A stretch of DNA of 64,000 nucleotides from Macrostomum lignano (lineage: Eukaryota), in NCBI GenBank assembly GCA_002269645.1, contig NIVC01000563.1, positions 1 through 64,000 of the forward strand, in the 5' to 3' direction. The position numbers were made by a program, and so were the translations under genes. Each line of letters starts with the position of its first letter. Position 1 is the stretch's first letter. Below are positions 10,091-22,875 of the stretch, piece by piece. The notes below the pieces were generated by a model. It saw nothing but the letters and a program-made list of their open reading frames with translations. It searched no databases and had not been told where the DNA came from.

Positions 10091-12064
10091 GCTGGGTTTT
10101 TCGAGCTTGCTTGGCAGTAAAGCTTTCTAGCGCTGGATGAGCTCCTTGGAGATTTGTTGCTGGACAGGCCTTCACCTGCATCGTATATATAGACTGGAGT
10201 TGTTTTTCGAACTCTTAGGCGATACATCGATCTGTTTTGCACCTTAGTTTTGTTCGACCTTCTTAAGAGTTCGAATTCTGTTGACGTCGGCAATTCGGAA
10301 TGGGCTGGGGAACCCCGGCACCAAAGTGTTTTGACTGCGGCTGGGCCGGCCAGATTGGCCCAAGGAAGTGGAGAATCCGATTGGCAGTTGTTGGTTACGT
10401 ATCCAGTTCTGGAAAAGTTCTGACGTATTCAGATGAAGAATCCAGCAGCACCCTCAGATAGGTGTGCACCACGAACTTTCAGAACCCCCGTTCGCTACCA
10501 GTAAACATGTTTGTCCGCTTAGCTGACGAACTGTTCCCGTTTAACCGCTTCCGTTAGCCCTGTGTTTTTCGTCCTCTAACGCTGCACTGAACTTGCCGAT
10601 TGGGAATTCCCCAAACTTCCTTGCCGCAGTCCGTTTGGCGCATCACGAGGAAAGAAACGAAAACTGCAAAACGTTCTTTAGGCAACGCCAACCCTCCAAC
10701 CCTTGCGCGAATTTGTTCTTTAAGGCTCGGTTGAAAACAATTTTTTTCTTGCTACCGGTGCGGGGGATCGCCGTGAACTGGCTCGTAGAGAACGATAGAA
10801 AAAAATGTAAGCAGGGTCGAATCGAACAGTTTAATAATTCTTCTAAGAGCGTTATTAAGATTTACTTTATGTTAGATGGCTAAAAACTTGAGTACGCTAG
10901 TAGATAAAGTTGATCAAGATTTAGCATGAAAACTAAGCCGATCACTTTTTTGGGTCCTCTCTGAACAGATTCAAAGAGCAGTCAGGGTTCAAAGCGAGAT
11001 ATCATTGCCTATCAATGAAGTCTTATAACTTTAGCAGCAATACATTTTAGTAGTAAGATTGCTTTGAAGTAACAAAACTTTTTTTTCAGCCGTGATATGA
11101 GTAAGAGTTAGGATTGATCTTAACTTCGAAAATTTCCTAAATTTTGACCTTAGGCGCTTTAGTGATCATCGCTGATTATTTACTGTAGCATCACATCACA
11201 CTATTGACAGAAAATCTAACAAAGCATTGTTTCCCAAATAAACAAATTACACTGTACTGTACACTGTACACTGTACTGTAAATTACGAGCACATTCAATT
11301 TAGGGGCTCTCACTCTCTCTGCTCAATATATACAACACAAAATATCACCCGAATGCTCATTCCCGCTCTCCGTATGAAAACCGCATGCAAAAAAGATACA
11401 CATTGAGCTATCTGAGTTAACCGAGTTAACTGAGTAGCACACATACATCTTTTAAATCCTTTTAAATGTAGTCAACGCTGCGGGGAATTCTAGTAAAAGT
11501 TCTAGGAGCTGTGCCATAGATTTTTTCTTAAGGAAGTTGCCCCTCCCTTCCATATTGGGTATAAGAAAGCTGCCCCAGAAATTAGAGAGACTTGCATCTC
11601 CCGACTGAATCTAAAAATTTACTTGTTAAATATCAATTAGGAAAGAGCTCTTACGCAAATATATTTTCAGTTCGAGTTGGAGTTAAAAAGTTTACAATTT
11701 TCGAATTTTGGCGCAGTGTTTTACTTCTCTTTCTTTTTTATTTGATACGTTCAAGCGCCTCAGCCCTGACCAGGCTCTTAGGCTAATATTTATATTTTTC
11801 AATCATATTGGAGTAAAGTGTTCAGTTCTGAGTTTTATACATGGTGTAGTATTTTACTCACAGCAGTGTGTATCGATGAACGAATAAGCATTGAGCTAAT
11901 ACTTTTCGATTGTCTATGATTTATAACAAAAGATTTATAACAAATGACTTATAACAAAAGAATTTTTGTTACTTGCTTTCTTCCCTCCAAGAGTAGAGTC
12001 ATGGAATTTTAATTCGTCCAGATAGTTTTTAAGCAAATGAGCATTCAGTGGGATATTCTGTGTT

Positions 12065-12183
12065 ACTACTTAAGTCGTCCTTAAACTTTTACGATTTTTA
12101 ATGAAAACCCAAGACGAATAAATAAGTTCTATTGATCGAGTCACTCGATTAAATAAATAATAAAGAAGGACGACTTAAGTAGT
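12065..12183. repeat. Small inverted-repeat element (18-bp perfect arms), MITE-like
   Basis: actacttaagtcgtcctt (12065-12082) and aaggacgacttaagtagt (12166-12183); inner palindrome atcgagtcactcgat. Confidence 0.6.
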
Positions 12184-12443
12184 CTACTTATATTCCACCC
12201 AATTATATAGTAGTTTATTTTGTAGTGATAAACAATTCATCGTAAAAAATTAAACCCACGCTTTCAAAGTTTTCGCGCTCGAACAAAGATAAACAAAAAA
12301 TCGTCATTGTGTCGAAAAAGATGCTTCAAACGTTGTATATTCGAAATTCGGTTATGTAACTTAGCATTAACTGTGTTCATGCGAAATTCTTATTTGCAAG
12401 ACTTTCAATAAATTGTTTGCATTCGATAATTAATTGTAACTAG

Positions 12444-12490
12444 TCACGTGGGCTCGGACCTAACCAATTAGACCCAGAACCGGAAGTCAG
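12444..12490 (+). promoter_or_regulatory. Candidate promoter motif cluster upstream of SARDH (E-box CACGTG, CCAAT, ETS-like CCGGAAGT)
   Basis: Three classical motifs within ~45 bp in the intergenic region between the divergent P450 and SARDH genes; function untested. Confidence 0.35.
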
Positions 12491-13220
12491 TTTAGTCAGT
12501 TTTGCGAGCATATTAGATGGTATTGTGTTAGTAAAACAGGCCAATGCGACTTCTGCTTTCTTCTTTTCGTGATATCAGAAACTAGAAACTACAGAATCAA
12601 ATATTTTTCAACACTAGACTATTTATTATTTCTGTATATATACTCTTAATTGGCATAAAATCAGTCAACATTAATTGTTTTCTACAAACTGCTTTAGTAT
12701 TTATAATTGAAAGTATATTGAAGTATCAGAAATATACAAATATTTTAATTTCAGAATTTTTTTGTGTAATTAAAGAAATAATTTGGAACAATTAGCTTTG
12801 GTTTATATTTTAAAATATTGTATCTTGGCATTTTCTTTAAAATTTATTTATAAGGAAACATATTGAGGAAGTATACTTTTTGGCTATATTTTCTGCTTTT
12901 CACCTTTCTTTTTATATCTTTTGTAAGAAAGGATACATTTTTATTAACCAAAAGAAAGAACTTATTTTAATTTTTAATTTTTATTTTTGCTTCTATGCAA
13001 TCAAGGTCAACATAAACATTTGCCATTATATAACAATATTATTAGTATAATAAAAGTTCATAATTTAAACTTAACATTACAATAATATAATATTTTAATT
13101 TAACTTTATTACTTCTTTATATTTCTCATTATGTTGTTTTTAATCTATTTATTTTAATTTAATTGCTATTTAGATATATAGCTCATATCTTTCATTTACA
13201 AATCACCTTCATGCATCATT

Positions 13221-16200
13221 ATGTCCTGGCTGCAGTCCCGCATACTGGCTAGAAGCTATGCAAGAATTGTAAATTTAAATCGCTTATCTTTTGTGCAGGC
13301 TTCTTCTGTACAACCAAGGTATTACTAATCTTGTTTATTCTCCTATATTGAAATAATTTATCTGTTGTAAAAGTCACTTGATTAGATATTTTTAGACGCT
13401 CCCTGTCCACAGCAGAAGGCACTTCTGCTCCCACATCGGCCCAAGTTGTCATCATTGGTGGCGGCTCAATTGGATGTTCCATGCTTTATCACCTTGCCAA
13501 AATGGGCATGCGCAATGTGGTACTGCTTGAAAAAGATGCACTGACTGCCGGAACAACTTGGCACACTGCGGGTGGGCGCCTTTTATTACTACTTTGCCTG
13601 TATTAAAGTATTAATAGTGTTGAAAGGTTGCAACAGTCCACTAAAAGATCTGTAGGGTTCCAACAGTCCGCTGAAATATCTGGTGGGTTGCAACAGTCCG
13701 CTGGAAGATCTGTAGGGTTGCAACAGTCCGCTGAAATATTTGTAGGGTTGCAACAGTTCTCTGAAAGATCTGGTGGGGTGCAACAGTCCACTGGAAGATC
13801 TGGTGGGTTGCAACAGTCCACTGGAAGATCTGGTGGGTTGCAACAGTCCGCTGGAAGATATGGTGGGTTGCAACAGTCCACTGGAAGATCTGTAGGGTTG
13901 CAACAGTTCACTGGAAGATCTGTAGGGTTGCAACAGTCCACTGGAAGATCTGTAGGGTTGCAACAGTTCACTGGAAGATCTGTAGGGTTGCAACAGTCCA
14001 CTAGAAGATCTGTAGGGTTGCAACAGTCCACTGGAAGATCTGTAGGGTTGCAACAGTCCGCAGAAAAATCTGTAGGGTTGTAACATTCCGTTGAAAAATC
14101 TGGTGGTTTGCAACAGTTCACTGGAAGATCTGTAGGGTTGCAACAGTCCACTGGAAGATCTGTAGGGTTGCAACAGTTCTCTGAAAGATCTGGTGGGGTG
14201 CAACAGTTCACTGGAAGATCTGGTGGGGTGCAACAGTTCACTGGAAGATCTGGTGGGTTGCAACAGTCCGCTGGAAGATATGGTGGGTTGCAACAGTCCG
14301 CTGAAAGATCTGTAGGGTTGCAACAGTCCACTGGAAGATCTGTAGGGTTGCAACAGTCCGCTGAAATATCTGTAGGGTTGCAACAGTTCTCTGAAAGATC
14401 TAGTGGGGTGCAACAGTTCACTGGAAGATCTGGTGGGTTGCAACAGTCCGCTGGAAGATCTGGTGGATTGCAAAAGTTCACTGGAAGATCTGGTGGATTG
14501 CAACAGTTCACTAGAAGATCTGGTGGGTTGCAACAGTCCATTGAAAGACCTACAGGGTTTGTCTGTCTAGAATGTCTGTTGGGTTGCAATGGTCTGCTGA
14601 GCAGCTACGAGACAGCTAAGCAAATATTAATTTCTCATTAACCAACTCATAGGCCTAGTCTGGCATCTGAGACCATCCGACACTGACATTGTTATGCTAA
14701 CCTACGGCTGGGATCTGATGAAGTCGCTGGAAGCTGAAACCGGCGTCAGTACTGGCTACATACAGAATGGCGGCTTGTTTATTGCTAACAACGAGAAAAG
14801 ACTGCTAGAGTACAAGCAGATGCAAACTGTAAGAAGAATTTGTTTTTTTTCAAGAAGAACTTCTCTTGCAATTTAGAATATAAGCAGATAATTCCAATTT
14901 TACAATTCTCAAATAGCTTCGTATTTCTACAGAGGCGGAGCAGCTCAGCGACTCTCGCGCCACGACCCCTGGTTCGATTCCGTAACTAGGGGGTTGTCGT
15001 GCGATTCACACCCATGAGGGTCAACCCTAAATGCAACTTTCCCAACTTTGGGAATCACCCGGCCGTTCCTATTGGCAACACACACATGTAAGTCGCTATT
15101 GGCTGAGAGCAGTCACGTGACTACTATTCCGTCCAATAGCGACTTACATGTGTGTGTTGCCAGTAGAGACGGCCGAGTGAATCCCAAGGTTGCGCCCAAG
15201 CATGCATGTGCTCAGGAGTCAGCGGAATGGGCAGAGTTGTCTTATCTCTTGTTGTGGGACGATGTGCCCACTTGCGAATATTTATTTTTTATGCTGGCAC
15301 TGTAAAACACTCGGTACAAATTTAGAACTTGTGAAGTTTTGACGCTATAAAAGTGGCCAAATTTTTATATCTTAAGGCAGGCACCATGGATTTGGCTGTG
15401 GTTAGCTAAATAAAATAATGATAAACACGAACTAACTATCCTACTGTTAGTAGAAATATAAGTAACATGCTACTTTTGAATTTCTAAACAATTTTATTCG
15501 ACAGCTCGGCAAGTGGTTCGGCATCGAGTCCAGCATACTAAGCCCGGCCGAGACCAAGCAACTCTACCCGCTGATGAATGTGTCTGACATGGCCGGCGCT
15601 CTTTACTCGCCTACCGACGGCACCATCGATCCGGCTGGCTATTGCAGCGCACTGTCTCGGGCCTCGGCTAAAATGGGCGGCAAGGTGCATCACGAAGTTC
15701 ACTCTCTTCCCTAGATCCCATCACCTATACAGTGAATTTCCTTCCTGGAACCAGATTGGGTACCTTTACGGAACCTACGCTTTACCTCTCCAAAATCTGA
15801 GACCCTCAGAAATCCCACCCCAACAGAAAGTTTTCCCACCAAATTCCCAACCGTGTTGCAGACGGTCCTGGGCTGCCGAGTCACCGGCATCGAGACGGCT
15901 GAAGACGAATTCGGCGTCCGACGAATACGAAAAGTGCGCACCAACAAAGGCGACATTGTCACTTCGTGTATTGTTAACGCGTCGGGTAAGCCATTCAACT
16001 CTGGCCCTGAAAAAAAACACTTGTACTTAACGACTATAGTACCCGTTTTCAAGCTCTAGACACCCAGTTCTAAACAGTTAAAAAATCTCAAGAATTCTAA
16101 TAGAAACAACCATTAGATCTCCATGCATGATCTGGCGAGGTAGCCATGGCCGGTAAAGGTCATGACAAGGGCGCGAATATCCTTCCGATTTTATCCTTCC

Positions 16201-19200
16201 GAAGGACGTTCCTGAGCCTGCGAGATTGGCACAGAACCGCGGCACGAGATTGTTGGCAGTTTTTGGTGTTCTGGGTGCCCGCCCATCTGTCACTGTGGAG
16301 GGAATCAGCCCAGTCATCATCGATCTGACGATTGATGACCTATAAGGTATAGGGACCAGGGGAACAGGGCCAAAGAAAGAGCCGAAGCCGCCCCCCTCTT
16401 GGCGAGGATATCTGCCAACTCGTTCCCCAGGATCCACTTCAGCCTGACAGAATTGCTACTGGCCAGGAGGTTGAGCTGCGGTCTCACAACTCTCTAATAT
16501 TCTATTTTTTAGCAATTTAATCGCTTACCCGCCTAACTGGCTCTCAGGCGTCTGGGCGCCTAGCATCGGCAAATTAGCGGGCGTCTCCGTGCCGCAGGTG
16601 GCAATGCGACACGCCTACATTGTGACCGAACGAATCGAAGGCATTCAAAACATGCCCAACACCAGAGACCACGACGCCTCCGTCTATCTCCGACTGCAGG
16701 GCGACGCGCTCTCTGTGGGCGGCTACGAGCCCAATCCGATATTTATTGACGAAATGCCGTCAGACTTCGCGTTCAGCCTATACGAACTCGACTGGGACGT
16801 GTTCGCCTTTGAAATTGGCGGCGCGGTCAATCGGGTGCCGGCGATTGGCCAAGTCGGCGTCAAGTCCACCGTGTGCGGCCCGGAGTCGTTCACCCCGGAC
16901 GGCCGGCCGTTGCTAGGCGAAGATCCCGATCTGCGCGGCTTCTATCACGCGTCGGCGTACAATTCCGGCGGCATGATGTACTCGGGCGGCACCGCACGCG
17001 AGTTGGCCAGATGGATTATCACTGGCCGGCCGGAGCTGGACATGTTCGCCTTCGATGTGAAACGATTCCGGCCAGGTCTGGCGGCCAATTCTCAATGGCT
17101 GCGAGAGCGATCGCACGAGACCTACGCCAAGCACTATTCGGTGCATTATCATCACGACGAGCCTCTGGCTGGCCGCTCGCTGACCAGGCGGAGTCCGCTA
17201 CACAGTCGGCTGGCTGCCGCCGGCTGCGTGTATCAGGAGCGGCACGGGTTCGAACGGCCTGGCTGGTTTCACGATAGGCCGGCCGAGGTTAGTGACAGGC
17301 TATTGCTGGCTGTTTGAGTTGTAGTAGTAGCTCCTGTAGTAGTAGCCCTGGTTCAAGAGTTGTCTCTGTGCAGGCTTTATCTTTGCTAGTGACTTCATGC
17401 ATTTAACTTCGTCCTGTCACACTTTCTATCTCGATTGTTCGACACTTCTACTTTCTCACTACTCCTCTCACTCACTCCTACCCTGTTTCTTCCTCCCTTC
17501 TCGTGCCTCTCTCTAAGTATCCCCGTCTCCTTCTCTCCCAGTATCCCCTCTCCTCTCCCAGCATCACTCCTCTCTCAATCACTCTCTCCCTCTCTCAATC
17601 TCACTCCCTTCCATCTCAGTTTTCCCTGCTTCACTCTCCAAATCTCATTCCCTCTCTCAGTCTCACTTCCTCTCTCTCCCAGTCTCACTCCTCTCTCCCA
17701 GTCTCACTCCTCTCTCCCAGTCTCACCCCTCTCTCCCAGTCTCACCCCCTCTCTCTCCCAGTCTCATTCCCTCTCTCTCCCAGTCTCACTCCCTCTCTCC
17801 CCAGTCTCACCCCTCTCTCCCAGTCTCACTCCCTCTCTCTCCCAGTCTCATTCCCTCTCTATCCCAGTCTCACTTCCTCTCTCCCCAGTCTCACCCCTCT
17901 CTCCCAGTCTCACTCCCTCTCTCCCCAGTCTCACCCCTCTCTCCCAGTCTCATTCCCTCTCTCTCCCAGTCTCACTCCCTTTCTCTCACAGTCTCACCCC
18001 TCTCTCCCAGTGTCACTCCCTCTCTCCCCAGTCTCACCCCTCTCTCCCAGTCTCACTCCCTCTCTCTCCCAGTCTCATTCCCTCTCTATCCCAGTCTCAC
18101 TTCCTCTCTCCCCAGTCTCACCCCTCTCTCCCAGTCTCACTCCCTCTCTCTCTCAGTCTCACTCCCTCTCTCCCCAGTCTCACCCCTCTCTCCCAGTCTC
18201 ATTCCCTCTCTCTCCCAGTCTCACTCCCTTTCTCTCACAGTCTCACCCCTCTCTCCCAGTGTCACTCCCTCTCTCCCCAGTGTCACTCTCGTACTGAGAA
18301 GCTGTTATTAGCTGGCCTCTCAACATCAATAAGTCAATAAAAAAACCGTGCCCCTCAGACCGCTGACTATCGCTACTACGGCTACTACGGTCACACGCCG
18401 CACTCCGACTACGAATACGAGCGCTGCCTGACCATGGACTACACATTCTCCGCTCCGGAGCAGGAGGCCGCCCTGCGCCGTGAATGTCGCACCTGTCGAA
18501 GCGCCGGCGCCGTATTCGACATGTCGTATTTTGGCAAACTGATGCTAACCGGCCCGGGCTCGGCCGAGGCTGTCGATTATTTATTCTCTGCCGATATTCG
18601 CAAGCCGGTTGGCAGCACAGTCTATACCTGCCTGTTGAATGAACGCGGCGGTGTCGAAGCCGATCTAACCGTGTCCGTGCTGGAACCTGGGGCTCAGTAT
18701 TACCTGGCCATTGGCGGGGCTGCCGCACTCTACGTTAAGCATTACCTGTTGAAAGTGATGCAGGACAGAGGCTGGCTAGCTGATAATCGCTGCCAATTGG
18801 AGGACCGATCAGACGATATGACCCTGATCAGTGTGCAGGGCCCGGTGTCGCGTCAGCTGCTGGCTGGCCTTGTTGACGGCGGCGAAGGCTTTTTGTCCGA
18901 TTCGGCTTTCCCGTTTGGACAGTGCCGCAAGGCTAAGGTGGCCGGCCGGCCGGCTCTGATGCTGCGCGTGTCCTTTGTTGGCGAGCTGGGCTGGGAGCTT
19001 CACCTGGCCAATGCGGACGCGCCGGCCGTCTACGACGCCGTGATGGCGGCCGGCAAGCCGCTTGGCGTTGTGAATGCCGGCTACAGGTGCGGCCTGGGTT
19101 GAGTTCTGTGTCTAAGTAGTTTTGAGTTCTGTATCAGATTAGTTTTGAGTTCTGTGTCAGAGTAGTTTTGAGTTCTGTCAGATTAGTTTTGAGTCCTGTG

Positions 19201-20859
19201 TCAGAGTAGTTTTGAGTCCTGTGTCAGAGTAGTTTTGAGTTCTGTGTCAGATTAGTTTTGAGTCCTGTGTCAGAGTAGTTTTGAGTTCTGTGTCAGATTA
19301 GTTTTGAGTTCTGTCAGATTAGTTTTGAGTCCTGTGTCAGAGTAGTTTTGAGTTCTGTGTCAGAGTAGTTTTGAGCCCTGTGTCAGGCTAGTTTGAATCC
19401 TGTGTCAGGCTAGTTTGAGTCCCGTGTCAGGCTAGTTTGAATCCTGTGTCAGGCTAGTTTGAATCCTGTGTCAGGCTAGTTTGAGTCCTGTGTCAGACTA
19501 GTTTGAGTCCTGTGTCAGACTAGTTTGAGTCCTGTGTCAGACTAGTTTGAGTCCTGTGTCAGGCTAGTTTGAGCCCTGTGTCAGGCTAGTTCGAGTCCTG
19601 TGTCAGGCTAGTTTGAGTCCTGTGTCAGACTAGTTTGAGTCCTGTGTCAGGCTAGTTTGAGTCCCGTGTCAGACTAGTTTGAGTCCTGTGTCAGGCTAGT
19701 TTGAGTCATGTATCAGGCTAGTTTGAGTTCTTTGTCAGCCCTGTCAGGCTAGTTTGAGTTCTGTGTCAAAATAGTTTGAGACCTGTGTCAGACTAGTTTG
19801 AGTCCTGTGTCAGGCTAGTTTGAGTCCTGTGTCAGACTAGTTTGAGTCCTGTGTCAAACTAGTTTGAGTTCTGTGTCAGACTAGTTTGAGTTCTGTGTCA
19901 GACTAGTTTGAGACCTGTGTCAGACTAGTTTGAGTCCTGTGTCAGGCTAGTTTGAGTCCTGTGTCAGACTAGTTTGAGCCCTGTGTCAGACTAGTTTGAG
20001 TCCTGTGTCAGACTAGTTTGAGTCCTGTGTCAGACTAGTTTGAGTCCTGTGTCAGACTAGTTTAAGACCTGTGTCAGACTAGTTTGAGTCCTGTGTCAGG
20101 CTAGTTTGAGTCCTGTGTCAGACTAGTTTGAGTCCTGTGTCAGGCTAGTTTGAGTCCTGTGTCAGACTAGTTTGAGTCCTGTGTCAGGCTAGTTTGAGTC
20201 CCGTGTCAAACTCTTTAGGTTCTACATGAGACCGTAATGTCTGACTGTATCAGTCTAAATAAATTTTTATATGATGATATTTGCAGCAGACGAGTTCAAG
20301 GGTGCTAATGTCACAGAACTACTTCGTATCCAGAATCTCGTACTCAACCCCCTTCATGCTGCTACGCAGAGCGCTAGACAGCCTGAGCTGCGAGAAAGGC
20401 TACCGGCACGGCCACGTGGACCTGCGCAGCGACGACACCCCGCTAGAGGCCGGCCTTGCCTTCACCTGCAAGCTGAAGCTGCCCGACCGGCCATTCATCG
20501 GCCGGGAAGCTCTGGAACGTCAGCGCGCTGACGGCCTGCGCAAGCGGATGATCTGTCTGACCTTGGACGACGCTGAGCCGGGCAAGCGTCTCCATGGCAA
20601 CGAGCTGGTGCTGCGCGACGGCCAGCCGGTTGGTTTCGTGCGCCGGGCCGAGCAGGTCTACTGCCTTGCCGGCGGCGACGGCGACGGCGTCACCATGGCC
20701 TACGCCTACGCTTCCCGGCCCGACGGCGAGGTTGTAAAGCCGGCCTGGCTGAAGGCTGGCGCCTATCAGGTCGAATGCATGGGCGAGCGGCGACCGGCCA
20801 AGCTGCACCTGCGCTCGCCATTCGATCCGGAGAATCTGCGCCTGCAGGGTCGCTACTGA
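13221..20859 (+). CDS. SARDH: Sarcosine dehydrogenase, mitochondrial; 8 exons (13221-13318, 13396-13571, 14653-14828, 15505-15684, 15862-15985, 16548-17287, 18359-19086, 20370-20859), ~903 aa
   Basis: FAD motif [34 protein letters not shown]; LRPSDTD; [11 protein letters not shown]; [17 protein letters not shown]; [11 protein letters not shown]; [10 protein letters not shown]; [13 protein letters not shown]; [18 protein letters not shown]; [14 protein letters not shown]. All junctions are GT-AG and phase-consistent; R/S-rich N-terminus resembles a transit peptide. Confidence 0.95.
13626..14545. repeat. 30-bp minisatellite, ~30 copies, SARDH intron 2
   Basis: caacagtccactggaagatctgtagggttg with variants. 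Confidence 0.97.
14930..15040 (+). mobile_element. tRNA-derived SINE head (truncated), SARDH intron 3
   Basis: Pol III B-box GGTTCGATTCC at ~14971 with an upstream A-box-like agcagctcagcg; no full cloverleaf. Confidence 0.45.
15043..15204. mobile_element. Fold-back palindromic MITE-like element, copy 1
   Basis: ~60-bp arms (gggaatcacccggccg..ggcaacacacacatgtaagtcgctattgg / reverse complement) around a core AGTCACGTGACT; near-identical copy at 49806-49973. Confidence 0.8.
17490..18285. repeat. Pyrimidine-rich minisatellite (ctctccccagtctcaccc-like, ~19-22 bp variable unit), SARDH intron 6
   Basis: Directly visible tandem array. Confidence 0.95.
19100..20210. repeat. 22-23-bp minisatellite, ~50 copies, SARDH intron 7
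   Basis: gtgtcagactagtttgagtcct; 5' copies carry the 23-bp variant gtgtcagagtagttttgagtcct. Confidence 0.97.
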
Positions 20860-21029
20860 CTTTTGTTCGGAGATGAAGTGGGAACTGAGGTTCTCCATCA
20901 AGTGATTGGATAAAGATGATTATTGTGAGACTAGTTTGAAATAGGGATCGTGAAAGCATTGTGAAGAGACTTATTCTATAAAACGAGGATCATAATAGCC
21001 AATCTTGTGGAGTATGGAATCCCTTAGAG

Positions 21030-21399
21030 CAGGGGTCGGCAGACTCCGACCCGCAGGCCTCTCTATCCGGCCCTCGGGTCCTTTGAAATCCGGCCCGCTC
21101 AAGGTCTCTTCTTAACTCTCTCATACCTTCTCTCCTCTCTCCCCCTTTCTCTCGTTTCTCTTCTCTCATCTCTTCTCCCATCTTCTCTCTCATCTTATCT
21201 CTCCTTTCATCCTCTTTCCTCTTATCTCCTCTCTCATCTCTTCTCTCATCCCATATCTCATCCCATCACTGCTCCCATCTCTCTCGCCTTTATTTTAATC
21301 TCTCATCTCTCGTCTCCTCTTTCCTCCTCTTTCTCTCCTCTATTTCCTCGCCTCTCCTCTCACCTGGCTCTCGGGGTAATAAAAGTTTGCCGACTTCTG
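21030..21399 (+). mobile_element. hAT-family MITE (CAGGGGTCGGC termini) with CT-rich core
   Basis: TIRs caggggtcggcagact / aagtttgccgacttctg; degenerate 8-bp TSD ccttagag/ctctaaag; internal motifs shared with the copy at 37978-38231. Confidence 0.75.
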
Positions 21400-22214
21400 C
21401 TCTAAAGTATAAGAGTGAGATGGGAGCGTTTGGAATGGGGATCAAGTGAGAAACTTGTTTGGAATCGGGATTATTTAATGTGTTGAAGATTTGGTATTTT
21501 CAACGATACTTCTCCAGGCAGTAGTATGATTAGGACATTCAATGTTTTTTGTGGAAGTATTTTTTATTATAATTAATTTTTTTGCTACAATTTTGGTCGC
21601 CGGAGCCCGAATGGTGCGAGAGATGTTTTTTTATCTCCGTCCGGGCTCTGTCTTTTCCCCTGAGCCGCCTTTGTAATTATTTTTCCCGGCTATATTTCTG
21701 AAAATTTCTTTATAGAATAGCAAATTGATTTCACTAAAAGTTGTTATTTCCTGGAAACTGACTGATAATTAATTGTCTTGGCTTGTTTTTTTCACCTTTG
21801 CACGTAGCTGCGCAAGTTGCTCCGGTGTTTGACAAGTGAATTTTTTACATCACGTTTTAATTGTGACTTTTTTGTCTTCCTAGAATCCGTCTTTTCTACA
21901 ATGCCGGACAATGTGTCCTTTATGTGGAACAATAATTGTGCATTATTTTACGATTGATAAAGATACTAAAACTTTTGTCTGTTGCAATATTGTGCTCCCA
22001 GAATTGATTCCTGCATCATTCTCTATCCATAGATCATGCGAAATTGCTGGATTCTTAACTGTTATGTTTCATTAACTTTACAATATAATTTGTGGTTCCA
22101 AAAATTTTCTTTCCATTACGAATCATCACTTGCGTTCAATAAGTTTATTAATGACTTTTTAGTGCATATTTTGCCTTTTTTCTTGTTTCAATAGTACTGC
22201 TATTAATGGGCTGG

Positions 22215-22875
22215 GGTATTGGCTACTGGAGGGTTGGGGGAATTAGTCCTGGAGGACTGGGGGAATTAGTCCTAGAGGATTGAGGTAATTACGAGCTAGT
22301 TCTGGAGGACTGAGGGAATTAGTCCTGGAAGACTGAGGGAATTAGTCCCGGAGGACTAAGGGAATTAGTCCGGGAGGACTGAGGGAATTAGTCCCGGAGG
22401 ACTAAGGGAATTAGTCCGGGAGGACTGAGGGAATTAGTCCCGGAGGGTTGGGGGAATTAGTCCTAGAGGATTAAGGTAATTACGAGCTAGTTCTGAAGGA
22501 CTGAGGGAATTAGTCTTGGAAGACTGATGGAATTAGTCCCAGAGGACTGAGGGAATTAGTCTTGGAAGACTGATGGAATTAGTCCCAGAGGACTGAGGGA
22601 ATTAGTCCCGGAGGACTGAGGGAATTAGTCCCGGAGGACTGAGGGAATTAGTCCCGGAGGACTGAGGGAATTAGTCTTGGAAGACTGATGGAATTAGTCC
22701 CAGAGGACTGAGGGAATTAGTCCCGGAGGACTGAGGGAATTAGTCCCGGAGGACTGAGGGAATTAGTCCCGGAGGACTGAGGGAATTAGTCCCGGAGGAC
22801 TGAGGGAATTAGTCCCGGAGGACTGAGGGAATTAGTCCCGGAGGACTGAGGGAATTAGTCCCGGAGGACTGAGGG
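22215..22875. repeat. 23-bp minisatellite
   Basis: ggaggactgagggaattagtccc repeated. Confidence 0.95.

Noticed and set aside
8506-10120. Long plus-strand ORFs (8506-8883, 8884-9600, 9629-10120) antisense to the P450
   Set aside because: Shadow ORFs expected from high GC3 codon usage on the opposite strand; no recognisable motifs.
13589-14641. 300+ aa ORFs such as ([10 protein letters not shown])n, metallothionein-like in appearance
   Set aside because: They lie wholly within a 30-bp intronic minisatellite that is stop-free in several frames on both strands; no start context or unique flanking coding sequence.
17435-18340. Ser/Leu/Pro-rich ORFs
   Set aside because: Translation of a CT-rich intronic array.
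20270-20390. Possible C/D-box snoRNA (ATGATGA at ~20271) in SARDH intron 7
   Set aside because: The first downstream CTGA falls inside the coding exon; no terminal stem.
21430-22210. AT-rich stretch with A-rich minus strand, suspected LINE remnant
   Set aside because: Multiple stops in the frames I tried and no motif I could recognise.
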